From assembly GCA_005808665.1 (NCBI GenBank), contig SYLG01000007.1, forward strand, positions 54,298-118,297: DNA of 64,000 nt. The letters are read 5' to 3'. The notes beneath the pieces are model-generated. The model searched no databases. It was not told the DNA's origin and was given only the letters and a program-made list of their open reading frames with translations. The DNA is from Planctomycetia bacterium (GTDB lineage Bacteria; Planctomycetota; Planctomycetia; Gemmatales; Gemmataceae). Of this stretch, positions 53,575 to 63,572 are shown piece after piece. The position numbers and the translations under genes are program-made. Numbering within the stretch: position 1 is the first letter of the stretch; the number at the start of each line of letters is the position of its first letter.

Positions 53575-56214
53575 TTATCCTTTTCCGGATTCAGCCGCCT
53601 TAATCCTTTCTGCCAACTCGGTGGATACCTTTGCCGTCGATTTGCATTTTGGATAACCTGCACAGCCAAGGAAGTATCGCCCCCGGAAATTGCGGAGGGT
53701 CATGGGACCATCACATTCCAAACAGGTTTCCTGAATTTCTACTTGGGGCATCACCTTTTTGGGAGCAGGAGCTGGAAGTTTATCGCCTAGTTGTTCTTTT
53801 AACTCTGGGGTCATTTGTTTGGTTGACCGACATTTGGGATACCCGGTACAACCAAGAAAGGGTCCCCGCGGTCCACGGCGAATCGCCATGGCTGCTCCGC
53901 ACTTTTCACAGGCAATACCCAAATCCACCTGTTCAACGGGTTTTCCAGAACCATCGACATCTTTGGCATTTTTGCATTTGGGATACCCGCTACAGGCCAT
54001 AAAGGGGCCGCGTCGACCTTCCCGGATCACCATTTCAAGACCACATTTTTCACATGTTTGCCCGGCTGGTTTTACCGAGGCAACAGGATTGCCATCGGTC
54101 CCAATATTCATTACCGTTTTGCATTCGGGATATCCTCCACATCCAAGGAAAGGGCCATTTTTCCCGGTTCTTTCCACCAGAAATTTGCCACAGGTTGGGC
54201 AGGGAAAATCGGTGACCTTTGGTTTTTCCCTTTCTTCCCCTTCGGCTTGCCCGGCCCGTTTGATGTAGGTGCAATCAGGGTAACCGGTGCATCCAAAAAA
54301 CCTGCCCCGTTTGCTGAATTTTTGGGTGAGAGATTTTCCACATTTCGGGCACATTTCCTCCGAGTTGGCAAATGCGACTTGGGCAGATGCTAGAGATTCC
54401 TGAAAGGAACCGTAAAACTCGTCCAGAACCTGATTACGGGGAATATTTTCTGTCTCAATCCGGTCCAACTCCTCTTCCATATGACTGGTAAATTTCAATT
54501 CCATTACTCTGGCAAATCGATCCACCAAAAGGTCGGTTACTTTCATGCCTATTTCGGTGGCATGAAATCGCCGATCTTTTTGTTCCACATAACCGCGTTC
54601 CTGGATTTTACTAATGATTGCTGCATAGGTACTTGGCCTTCCGATACCCTCTTTTTCCAATGTCCGTACCAAACTCGCTTCGTTAAATCGTGGGGGAGGT
54701 TGGGTGAAATGCTGGGAAGCATCCAACTCGAGGAGCCCCACCTGGTGGTCAACCTTCAGAGGTGGAAGAGTCTCCTCTTCCCCTTTTGTGGCCGTGGCAA
54801 TGAGTTTCCGCCAGCCGTCAAATTGCAATACCCTTCCTGAAGCCCGGAACTTTCCAAGGCCGGCCTCAATGATGGCCGTGGTCATTTGGTAGACCGCCGG
54901 TTTCATTTGGCTGGCTACAAAACGATTGTAAATCAGGGAATAAAGTTTAGCCTGCTCCGGGTTAACGAGTTTTGCGACTTTTTGAGGAGTCCATGAAAGG
55001 TCGGTTGGGCGAATCGCTTCATGGGCTTCTTGGGCGTTTTTTCCAGCTGCATAACGGTTGGGTTTTTCAGGGAGGTAGGCTTTGCCATGATTTTCATCAA
55101 TCAATTTGCGCACTTCCTGCAAAGCATCCTCAGAAACCCTGGTACTATCTGTGCGCATATAGGTAATGAGGGCAATCGATCCTTCATTTCCCAATTCGAC
55201 CCCTTCATAAAGCCTCTGAGCCACGCTCATTGTTCGCCTGGTTTGAAATCCCAGCCGAAGGGAAGCCTGTTGTTGAAGCGTACTTGTTGTAAAGGGAGGG
55301 TTAGGGCGATCCAGACGCTCTTTTTCTTCGATACTGATGACTTTATATTTTGCGTTTAGAAGGGATTCGCCAATGGACCTTGCAACCTGTTCCCTGTTAC
55401 AGGAAAATTTTGCACCATCCCACTCGATCAAATCGGCCCGAAACCCGCCACTTGGAATTACATGTTTTTGAATACCCTCCTCGTCCGATTCGGCACTATC
55501 CAAATCCGCCTCATCCCCGCCGGTTTTCTTGCTTTTACCCTTGCCTCCCTTGTCCAGTTTGACATTTAAAGTTTGGTTATTTCCGAATGTTAGGTCAGTG
55601 GAATGGAGGAGGGCATCAATGCTCCAATATTCCTCGGCCTTAAACGCATCAATTTCCCTTTCACGATCAACAATGAGCCGGACAGCCACGGATTGAACTC
55701 GTCCTGCGGAAAGTTGCTGGGCTAGTCGCTGACTTAAAAGGGGGCTGATTTTGTAGCCGACAATACGGTCCAGAAACCGCCGCGCCTCCTGGGCAGCCAC
55801 TTTTCCCATGTCGATGGATTTGGGATGGGCAAATGCTCCTTGAACGGCCTTTTTGGTGATTTCGTTAAAAGTAACCCTTTTGACCCGGTCATCTTTGAGG
55901 CCCAGGGCTTCTTTAAGGTGCCAGGCGATTGCCTCCCCTTCACGATCCGGGTCAGGAGCCAAATAAACAACTTCGGCCCCTTTTGCGGCTTTTTTTAACG
56001 AGGCAAGGAGGGCCTTTCGATCATCCAGGGCCTTGTAGGATGGAATCCAGCCCTGATCAATTTCAATTCCCAATTTACTTTTTGGAAGGTCCCTTACATG
56101 GCCGTTGCTAGCTGCAACCACAAAACCAGGACCCAAATATTTTTGAATTGTCTTGGCTTTTGCAGGGGATTCCACAATTACCAAGCTGTTTTTCTTTTTT
56201 GCCGCCACTTTCAA
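53575..56214 (-). CDS. topA: DNA topoisomerase I with five C-terminal C4 zinc-ribbon modules
   Basis: 879 aa. Toprim motif LVIVESPAKAKTIQKYLG, and DREGEAI. Active-site region LITYMRTDSTRVS. Five CxxC...GCxGYPxC repeats span 53644-54351. Confidence 0.93.
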   Translation of the reverse strand: MKVAAKKKNSLVIVESPAKAKTIQKYLGPGFVVAASNGHVRDLPKSKLGIEIDQGWIPSYKALDDRKALLASLKKAAKGAEVVYLAPDPDREGEAIAWHLKEALGLKDDRVKRVTFNEITKKAVQGAFAHPKSIDMGKVAAQEARRFLDRIVGYKISPLLSQRLAQQLSAGRVQSVAVRLIVDREREIDAFKAEEYWSIDALLHSTDLTFGNNQTLNVKLDKGGKGKSKKTGGDEADLDSAESDEEGIQKHVIPSGGFRADLIEWDGAKFSCNREQVARSIGESLLNAKYKVISIEEKERLDRPNPPFTTSTLQQQASLRLGFQTRRTMSVAQRLYEGVELGNEGSIALITYMRTDSTRVSEDALQEVRKLIDENHGKAYLPEKPNRYAAGKNAQEAHEAIRPTDLSWTPQKVAKLVNPEQAKLYSLIYNRFVASQMKPAVYQMTTAIIEAGLGKFRASGRVLQFDGWRKLIATATKGEEETLPPLKVDHQVGLLELDASQHFTQPPPRFNEASLVRTLEKEGIGRPSTYAAIISKIQERGYVEQKDRRFHATEIGMKVTDLLVDRFARVMELKFTSHMEEELDRIETENIPRNQVLDEFYGSFQESLASAQVAFANSEEMCPKCGKSLTQKFSKRGRFFGCTGYPDCTYIKRAGQAEGEEREKPKVTDFPCPTCGKFLVERTGKNGPFLGCGGYPECKTVMNIGTDGNPVASVKPAGQTCEKCGLEMVIREGRRGPFMACSGYPKCKNAKDVDGSGKPVEQVDLGIACEKCGAAMAIRRGPRGPFLGCTGYPKCRSTKQMTPELKEQLGDKLPAPAPKKVMPQVEIQETCLECDGPMTLRNFRGRYFLGCAGYPKCKSTAKVSTELAERIKAAESGKG

Positions 56215-56446
56215 TCTCCATCCTATTTCGAATCAATGACTCGGATAAACTCCAACCGAAACGAAAGTTTGGTTGCCCCAATGAAACCTCACGCTAAATT
56301 AGTCAACATGGTTTTGGTTCAAGCCAGCCAACCTCTGATGCGCACTCTTTCCGATTCCTTTGGAAATAAGGAATACTATAGTGACCTGTCAAGGGTGGAC
56401 TTTTTGTCCCATATGATTTTCACCAGGATGGTATTAAGGTTTCCCC

Positions 56447-59119
56447 ATGGCTTTCAACCCTTTTGACCCAATTCGAAAATATCAAAAATCTTTTTTGGCA
56501 GCGGCTTGCATCCTCTGCATGGTGGTTTTCATTTTTTCCTTTGGCCCGGGTGACCTGTTTCAGACGGTTTTGGGGAAAATGGCCGGCTCGGGCGCTGGGC
56601 CCTTGGTTGTTTCCATTGGTGGATCGGAAATAACCGAAGGGGATTTGGATAAATGGAGAAGAAATCGCGAACGGGCAAGTGAATTTATGATTCGTGCCGG
56701 TAGCATTCAGTACAGCAAACAGGAATTGGATGACCGGAAAAGGGCCCAGGAAAAAACTCCGCCCCAAGAGAGTCCTGAACAAATTCAAAGGCGAAATTCC
56801 CTTCAGGCTTTTTCCCAATGGGTTCAAGGGGGCGGTTTTGGAACAGGTCCCTCCTATTTCGGTGGCGATCCTACCCGGACCGAAGATTTGGTGGATTGGC
56901 TGATATGGAAATATGAGGCGGACAAACTGGGGATAGATGTCAGTCCCACGGATTTGGCTCGCATTTTCAATCGTGAAACCGCAACTGAAGATTGGTGGAA
57001 GCCAGGTGATCCGATCACCCTGATCCCGGGTATGGAAGATTTCATGAATGCCCGTTTTGCGGTTCGTGATATGGGGCCGGATGAGTTAATGGATACCCTT
57101 TGTCAGGAATATCGGGTGGTTTTGGCAAAGGAGGCCCTTTTGGGAGAACCTCCAGGGGCCAGAATTGTTCGCGATGGGGATTTGTTCAACCGTTTCTCCA
57201 ATTTCGGTCGTTATTTTGCCAACCCGATGGTACCCACTCCAGCGGAATTTCAGGATTTTTACAAAAAGCAACGAACAACCATCAATGTTTTATTTTTACC
57301 CATTGAGGTTGGTGCCTTCCTCAACTCTGTACCCGGACTTAAACCGGATGAGGGGACCCTGAAAGCACTTTATGAATTGGGTAAAGATAGCGAACAGAAT
57401 GCCTCTTCAGATCGCCCTGGTTTCAAAAGTCCAAGGAGGGTTCAGGTTGCCTATGTTACCGGATCATCGGAAACAGCTTGGTACAAAAGCGCATTGGTAC
57501 GCATCCAATGCACTCGCCTTTTAGCCCCAATGGTTCCAGGGTTTGGAGGCCCAGCTGCTGCCCTTACAAACCTGGCTACTTGGGCAGATTCCAATGACTT
57601 TGTTACGGGAAACCTGGGTGTTTTAAGTTGGGTTGATCCCTTTTTGGCTTTCAACCGCAAAGATTCCTTGGTGGGCACCCACGACCTAAAATTGAAAAAT
57701 TCCCGCCTCAGAGGGGGATTACTGGAATCGTGGCTTACGGCACCTATTGATCAAGTGCATGCCATCCATGGCCTGAAATCGGGCCCCTTGGCAGCCTATA
57801 TTTTGGGTAATGCGGCAAACACTTTTGGGGTCCCCTCCCTAGTAGGGGCTGATATTCTTTGGAAATCGGCTTCCTTTGCTCCCGAAGCCATGGACCGTTT
57901 GAACCTGATTGCTCAAAGCCGCCTCATAGGGCTCAGTGCATTGCAACCCTTGGGTGGATTTATTCCCTCGATTGGGGCCATAGCTAGTCTCCTTCCTTCC
58001 TTGCCGAAATCGAGGGAGGAGATGAACATTTCCCACGAGTTGATGGGTGAAGTTGTAACGCTTGCCGCCCAGGAAGATTTTGAGTCGACCTGGAAACGCC
58101 TGCGGGAGGATATTGCTGCATTCAAAAGTAAAAACGACAAGGTTGGTGCGGAATCATTCATCTCCACCGAGGTAAAGCGATTAGGCCTGAATTATAAGGC
58201 AATGAATTCGGCTAGAGACCTGTTCGATATTGCCAAAGACCCCGCTTTGAGTGGGTTCCGAACCGCGTATGAAACCAAAAACCTTACGAGTCAAAATGCC
58301 CCTCTTTTTGGAGAAAAGTTTTTCCAAACGGAGGGCAATTATGATGCCCAGGGTTGGGCGAATAATATTGATGAAACGAGCCCGATTACCCGTGATAGTT
58401 GGTCCGCATCCAAAGAACCTTACCTGTTTTGGCGGATTGACGACCAACGGTCTGTTAAAAGATCATTCGAGCAAGCCCGAACCGAAGTGGAAAAATTTTG
58501 GTTTACTGAAAAGGTTGCAGTGCCTGCTGCAAGGGAATTAGCCCAGAAAATTGCCGCCCAGGCAAATGATGCCAAAGGACCCACTGGTAAGCCTTGGTCG
58601 GCAAATTATCGGGATATCCTCCCGGAGGTGGTGACCTTTTTAAGTACCCAAAAGATTAATGGGAAAAATGGACTACCCTTTGAAGTTGAAAATGTATCCC
58701 GGTTGATTCCACAACGGACTACCAACCCTTTTGAACCGGTTGGTTATGAATCTTTCCGGTTTAAACCGGCGGATATTCCTTTTCCCCGGGAAGGATTCCT
58801 TGACCAACTTTTGAATATGGATAAACCGGGCCAAGCCATTGTGCTGCGTGATAAACCAGGAACCACTTTTTATGTAGCCGTACTACTGTCGAAAAATGAG
58901 CCACCCAATGCCGATTTCCAAAGGGCTTATGAACGGGCTGGGGCCATGGTTGACCGGGATGAATTGTGGAATCGAAGCAACCAGGAATCCCGCCGTAAAT
59001 ACATGATGGGAACCTTTAAAGATTTGCGTTCAAGTGCTACCAAAGGCAAAGTGAATGTTGATGGTATGATTCAATTTCCCAGTTCGATTAAAAAGAAATC
59101 CGAAAACCCGGATTCCTAA
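56447..59119 (+). CDS. Large N-terminally membrane-anchored periplasmic protein, unknown function (possibly PpiD/SurA_N-like chaperone)
   Basis: 890 aa. Single TM near the N-terminus (FLAAACILCMVVFIFSF). No parvulin or other catalytic motif recognised. The chaperone suggestion rests only on topology and size. Confidence 0.6.
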   Translation: MAFNPFDPIRKYQKSFLAAACILCMVVFIFSFGPGDLFQTVLGKMAGSGAGPLVVSIGGSEITEGDLDKWRRNRERASEFMIRAGSIQYSKQELDDRKRAQEKTPPQESPEQIQRRNSLQAFSQWVQGGGFGTGPSYFGGDPTRTEDLVDWLIWKYEADKLGIDVSPTDLARIFNRETATEDWWKPGDPITLIPGMEDFMNARFAVRDMGPDELMDTLCQEYRVVLAKEALLGEPPGARIVRDGDLFNRFSNFGRYFANPMVPTPAEFQDFYKKQRTTINVLFLPIEVGAFLNSVPGLKPDEGTLKALYELGKDSEQNASSDRPGFKSPRRVQVAYVTGSSETAWYKSALVRIQCTRLLAPMVPGFGGPAAALTNLATWADSNDFVTGNLGVLSWVDPFLAFNRKDSLVGTHDLKLKNSRLRGGLLESWLTAPIDQVHAIHGLKSGPLAAYILGNAANTFGVPSLVGADILWKSASFAPEAMDRLNLIAQSRLIGLSALQPLGGFIPSIGAIASLLPSLPKSREEMNISHELMGEVVTLAAQEDFESTWKRLREDIAAFKSKNDKVGAESFISTEVKRLGLNYKAMNSARDLFDIAKDPALSGFRTAYETKNLTSQNAPLFGEKFFQTEGNYDAQGWANNIDETSPITRDSWSASKEPYLFWRIDDQRSVKRSFEQARTEVEKFWFTEKVAVPAARELAQKIAAQANDAKGPTGKPWSANYRDILPEVVTFLSTQKINGKNGLPFEVENVSRLIPQRTTNPFEPVGYESFRFKPADIPFPREGFLDQLLNMDKPGQAIVLRDKPGTTFYVAVLLSKNEPPNADFQRAYERAGAMVDRDELWNRSNQESRRKYMMGTFKDLRSSATKGKVNVDGMIQFPSSIKKKSENPDS

Positions 59120-59168
59120 TGTTAGCTAGGGGTGTTCTACGAAAGGCACCACCCGCTAAATCGCATCT

Positions 59169-60533
59169 TTATTTTGGATCTTCCGGGATTTCAGGAGTGG
59201 ATAATTCCCATGCCTCAAACTTGGGTTTGGGAGCGAACCCGGGAGGGATTTCCAGGATTTCAATATTCCTTTCCTGGAGAATATTGCTAACCAAAGTATC
59301 CGGAACCATAATCTGCAGGAAAAGGTGATCCTCTTCGATTTTTTGCATTAATATTTCGGCGTGGGCTCCAACCCAGGACAAAAATCGACCATTAACCGTT
59401 GAAACCCGGACCTTGATTGGAACCATTCCTTTGGCGACAAAGGTCATGATTTCTTCCTGAAGTTCTTTGATTCCAAAGCTTGTGTAGGCACTAACAACTA
59501 CCGACTTTGAATGTTTCGCTTTTAAAATCTGAATGTGGGAATGATCGGTAACTCGATCCGCCTTATTGATAACCAATAAGGTCGGTTTGTTTTCGCATCC
59601 AAGCCCTTCAAGAACTTTTTGAACGGATCCAATGTGGTCCAATGCCAACGGATCTGAGCCATCGACAACATGGATCAACAATCGGGCTTGCCGGGTTTCC
59701 TCAAGCGTTGCCAGAAAGGAGGCCACCAAATGGTGAGGCAGGTTTCGAATAAAACCCACCGTATCGCTAAGGAGGACTATTTTCCCGTCAGGGAGGACCC
59801 ATTTCCGTGTTCGGGTATCCAGGGTTGAAAAAAGCTGATCCTTGGCAAGGACACCTGCTCCGGTTAGTCGATTCATCAAGGAACTTTTCCCGGCATTGGT
59901 GTAACCCACTAAAGAAATGGTAAATTCATTCATTCGGGTTTGGACTTCCCGCCGCTTCCGACCCTGGACCTCGGCCAGTTTTTGCTTTAAGTCCCGGATT
60001 CTTGATTCAACCAGGCGCCTATCACTTTCCAATTGGGTTTCACCCGGCCCCCTCATGCCGATTCCCCCTTCAACCCGACTTAGGTGGGACCACATTTGCT
60101 TCAACCTGGGCAAGGCGTATTCGAGTTGGGCCACCTCCACCTGTAAGCGCGATTCTACCGTTCTTGCCCTGGTGGCAAAGATATCCAAAATGAGTTCGCT
60201 TCTATCCAAAACTTTGCATTTGGTCACCTGCTCCAGGTTTCGAATTTGGGACGGAGAAAGGTCATTATCAAAAATTATTACATCCGCATCTTTAAATTGA
60301 CAAAGGAGTTGTAGCTCCTCAACCTTACCTTTACCAATGTAAAATCCCGTGTTCACATGCACTCTTTTTTGAACCAATTCACCAACAGTGAATGCCCCTG
60401 CAGTTTCGGTAAGCCCCCTGAGTTCCTCCAATGGGTCGGTGGATAAAAATGGGCGATCCGGAAGGGAAACTCCAACCAGGATCGCTTTTTCTGCCTTAAT
60501 CGACAATTTTTCCCGGGGTGCATCAAATCCCAC
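59169..60533 (-). CDS. hflX: GTPase HflX
   Basis: 454 aa. N-terminal HflX domain: AILVGV, VIIFDNDLSPSQIRNLE. G-domain: LVGYTNAGKSSLMN, SDTVGFI, VINKAD. Confidence 0.9.
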   Translation of the reverse strand: MGFDAPREKLSIKAEKAILVGVSLPDRPFLSTDPLEELRGLTETAGAFTVGELVQKRVHVNTGFYIGKGKVEELQLLCQFKDADVIIFDNDLSPSQIRNLEQVTKCKVLDRSELILDIFATRARTVESRLQVEVAQLEYALPRLKQMWSHLSRVEGGIGMRGPGETQLESDRRLVESRIRDLKQKLAEVQGRKRREVQTRMNEFTISLVGYTNAGKSSLMNRLTGAGVLAKDQLFSTLDTRTRKWVLPDGKIVLLSDTVGFIRNLPHHLVASFLATLEETRQARLLIHVVDGSDPLALDHIGSVQKVLEGLGCENKPTLLVINKADRVTDHSHIQILKAKHSKSVVVSAYTSFGIKELQEEIMTFVAKGMVPIKVRVSTVNGRFLSWVGAHAEILMQKIEEDHLFLQIMVPDTLVSNILQERNIEILEIPPGFAPKPKFEAWELSTPEIPEDPK

Positions 60534-60725
60534 TAGATCTCCAGTTGAGTCATTTGGAACCTATTGACCATAATCATTTCCACCTGTCCAGCCAAGGATA
60601 CCTTCCTTGAAACTGAAGGGGTGTATACCTGTATAAATTCCAAGGTGTACCTAGGCTAATTATGGGGAAAGTTATCCGGCGACCCAAGATCATTACCTAG
60701 GTTTGGGCCACAGGGGCGTTGATTT

Positions 60726-63527
60726 ATGTTAGCATCTGTTTCCAGTCCTTCCGTAAACAAATCCAACGGGGTTCCCCCGGTAGTAATCGTACCAGATTCT
60801 GTAAATAATTTGCAGGAATTACCCTTGTCCTCGCCTGAATCCCCGTCCCCTCTAACACCCTCCCTGCTTTACGATAATGACCCTCTACAAACCCAAGATT
60901 GGATTGAGTCTTTGGATTCCGTTATGCAGGTTGACGGGAAAAAAAGGGCAGAATTCCTGGTAAACGAAATCAATCGCCGCGCCCTCCAAAAATCCTTGCA
61001 TCCCAACAACCCTTCCTCCACTCCTTACATAAACACGATTCCTGCTTCTGCCCAGCCAGAATATCCAGGGGACCGTGACCTCGAAAGGAAGTTAAAAAGT
61101 TTGGTCCGATGGAATGCCATGGCAATGGTGGTTCAGGCGAACAACCGGGACGGAACGATTGGTGGTCACATTTCGACTTTTGCCAGTTCCGCCACCCTTT
61201 ATGAGGTTGCCTATAACCATTTCTTCCGGGGTGCGGATCACCCCGGCGGAATGGACTTGGTCTATTTTCAAGGTCATGCATCCCCGGGGATGTATTCCCG
61301 GGCTTATCTTGAAGGCCGGCTCAATGATGCCCAATTGCATAATTTTCGTCGTGAATTGGAACCTGAGGGTGGGCTATCCAGCTACCCCCATCCATGGTTA
61401 ATGCCTGCGTTTTGGCAATTCCCAACGGTATCCATGGGCCTCGGTCCCATCATGAGTATTTACAATGCCAGATTTCTCCGGTATTTGGAAAATCGTGGTT
61501 TGGCGAAAACAGAAGGTCGTCGGGTTTGGGCTTTTCTTGGTGATGGAGAATGTGATGAACCTGAAACTTTAGGGGCACTGACTATTGCCGCCCGGGAAAA
61601 GCTGGACAACCTGACTTTTGTAATCAATTGCAACCTCCAGCGCCTTGATGGCCCCGTTAGGGGAAATGGTAAAATCATTCAGGAATTGGAATCGCTTTTT
61701 CGTGGTGCCGGGTGGAATGTGATCAAAGTAATTTGGGGAAGCAATGTTGACCCTCTTTTGGCAAGGGACCGGGATGGATTGTTGGTCCGTCGTATGGAGG
61801 AGGTTGTGGATGGTGAATATCAAAAATATGCTGTGGAGGGTGGGGCCTATATTCGCGAACATTTTTTTGGAAAATACCCTGAATTGCTCCAAATGGTTGA
61901 GCATATGTCAGACCAGGACCTTACCAATCTAAAGCGGGGGGGCCATGATCCGATTAAAGTTTATGCGGCTTACAAGGCGGCCTCAGAATTTAAGGGTGCT
62001 CCCACTGTAATTCTTGCCAAAACAGTTAAGGGATACGGGATGGGGGAGGCCGCTGAAGGCCTTAATATTAGCCACCAACAAAAAAAACTTAAATCCAACC
62101 ATTTGATCGAATTCCGCAACCGTTTTTCTCTTCCCCTTGGTGATGAGGAAGCCGCAAAGGCCACTTTCCTTCGACCTGAAGTTTCTACACCGGAAATAAA
62201 CTACCTCCACGAACGCCGAAAGGCCTTGGGGGGTCCCATTCCTCTTCGTAGGCCGGTTCCCTGCCATTTGACCGTTCCAGGGGATGATTTTATTGCCCGC
62301 TATGCTCAGGGGTCGGGAAGTAAAACGCCTTCAACCACCGGTATTTTTGTCGACATGCTTGGACAGTTTTTGAAAACACCCAATTTGGGAAAACACATTG
62401 TTCCCATCGTTCCTGATGAAGCAAGAACTTTTGGAATGGACCCCTTCTTTACCTCCTACAAAATTTATTCCCCCATTGGCCAATTGTACGATCCCGTGGA
62501 TTCCCGAATGGCGATTGCTTATCGTGAAAGTAAATCGGGACAATTGTTGGAGGAAGGCATAAACGAATCTGGTTCAATGTCTTCTTTTATTGCCGCAGGA
62601 AGTTCCCATGCTTCCAATGGCATACCCATGATTCCGTTTTACACTTATTACTCCATGTTTGGCTTTCAACGGGTTGGTGACCTGATTTGGGCAGCCTCAG
62701 ATACCCGGGTTCGAGGCTTCCTTTTGGGGGCCACCTCCGGCAGGACCTCCCTCAATGGGGAGGGCCTTCAACATGAGGATGGTCATAGCCAACTGATGGC
62801 TTCCACCATTCCGACCATCCAAGCCTATGATCCTGGTTATGCCCATGAGCTTGCTGTTATTTTGCGTGATGGTATCAAGCGAATGTACGGTGGTGGCAAT
62901 GAGGATATTATTTATTACATAAGTATTTACAACGACAACTATCCGCAAGTTCCAATGCCTGATGGTTCCGAGGAAGGGATTCTACGGGGGCTTTACAAAC
63001 TTGCCCCATCTACCAACCAATCGAAATTACCCAAAGTTCACATTTTTGGCAGCGGACCCATCCTTGTTCATTCACTGGCTGCCCAAAAAGTCCTTGCTGA
63101 AATGGGTATAGAAGCGGATATATGGTCTGCAACCAGCTACAAGCGATTACGACAGGAAGCCCTTGAGGTTGAAAGGCATAACCTGCTTCACCCATTGGAA
63201 AGTCCCAAACAAAGTTATCTCCAGCAAATCCTGGCAGGGGAGAAAATGGATTCGATTTACTTGGCGGTATCGGACAACATGAGGCAGGTCCCTGAAATGA
63301 TTTCCCGTTGGGTGCCTGGAGGCCTGTACGCCTTGGGGACCGACGGGTTTGGCAGGTCAGAAACAAGGGTTGCCCTGCGAAGACATTTTGAAATTGATAC
63401 GGATTTTATTGTTCTTGGAACCCTTTCCCAACTTATGCGCAGGGGCAAACTTTCACCTCAGGTTGTTGCGGATTTCATAAAGAAAACCGGGATCAACCCC
63501 GATAAAATTTGTCCATTAACCGCATAA
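60726..63527 (+). CDS. aceE: Pyruvate dehydrogenase E1 component, homodimeric type
   Basis: 933 aa. Motifs: PYINTIP..QPEYPGD, GGHISTFASSATLYEVAYNHFFRG, FLGDGECDEPE, NCNLQRLDGPVRGN. It carries a ~45-aa Ser/Pro-rich N-terminal extension relative to my memory of E. coli AceE. Confidence 0.9.
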   Translation: MLASVSSPSVNKSNGVPPVVIVPDSVNNLQELPLSSPESPSPLTPSLLYDNDPLQTQDWIESLDSVMQVDGKKRAEFLVNEINRRALQKSLHPNNPSSTPYINTIPASAQPEYPGDRDLERKLKSLVRWNAMAMVVQANNRDGTIGGHISTFASSATLYEVAYNHFFRGADHPGGMDLVYFQGHASPGMYSRAYLEGRLNDAQLHNFRRELEPEGGLSSYPHPWLMPAFWQFPTVSMGLGPIMSIYNARFLRYLENRGLAKTEGRRVWAFLGDGECDEPETLGALTIAAREKLDNLTFVINCNLQRLDGPVRGNGKIIQELESLFRGAGWNVIKVIWGSNVDPLLARDRDGLLVRRMEEVVDGEYQKYAVEGGAYIREHFFGKYPELLQMVEHMSDQDLTNLKRGGHDPIKVYAAYKAASEFKGAPTVILAKTVKGYGMGEAAEGLNISHQQKKLKSNHLIEFRNRFSLPLGDEEAAKATFLRPEVSTPEINYLHERRKALGGPIPLRRPVPCHLTVPGDDFIARYAQGSGSKTPSTTGIFVDMLGQFLKTPNLGKHIVPIVPDEARTFGMDPFFTSYKIYSPIGQLYDPVDSRMAIAYRESKSGQLLEEGINESGSMSSFIAAGSSHASNGIPMIPFYTYYSMFGFQRVGDLIWAASDTRVRGFLLGATSGRTSLNGEGLQHEDGHSQLMASTIPTIQAYDPGYAHELAVILRDGIKRMYGGGNEDIIYYISIYNDNYPQVPMPDGSEEGILRGLYKLAPSTNQSKLPKVHIFGSGPILVHSLAAQKVLAEMGIEADIWSATSYKRLRQEALEVERHNLLHPLESPKQSYLQQILAGEKMDSIYLAVSDNMRQVPEMISRWVPGGLYALGTDGFGRSETRVALRRHFEIDTDFIVLGTLSQLMRRGKLSPQVVADFIKKTGINPDKICPLTA

Positions 63528-63572
63528 ATGCGATCCCAAAAATTTACCGATGGTGGATAGGAGTTTTTGTTT

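Noticed and set aside
53400-53669. 89-aa minus-strand ORF in the lysC-topA spacer.
   Set aside because: Its 5' third overlaps the topA 3' end in another frame. It has no SD or motif support.
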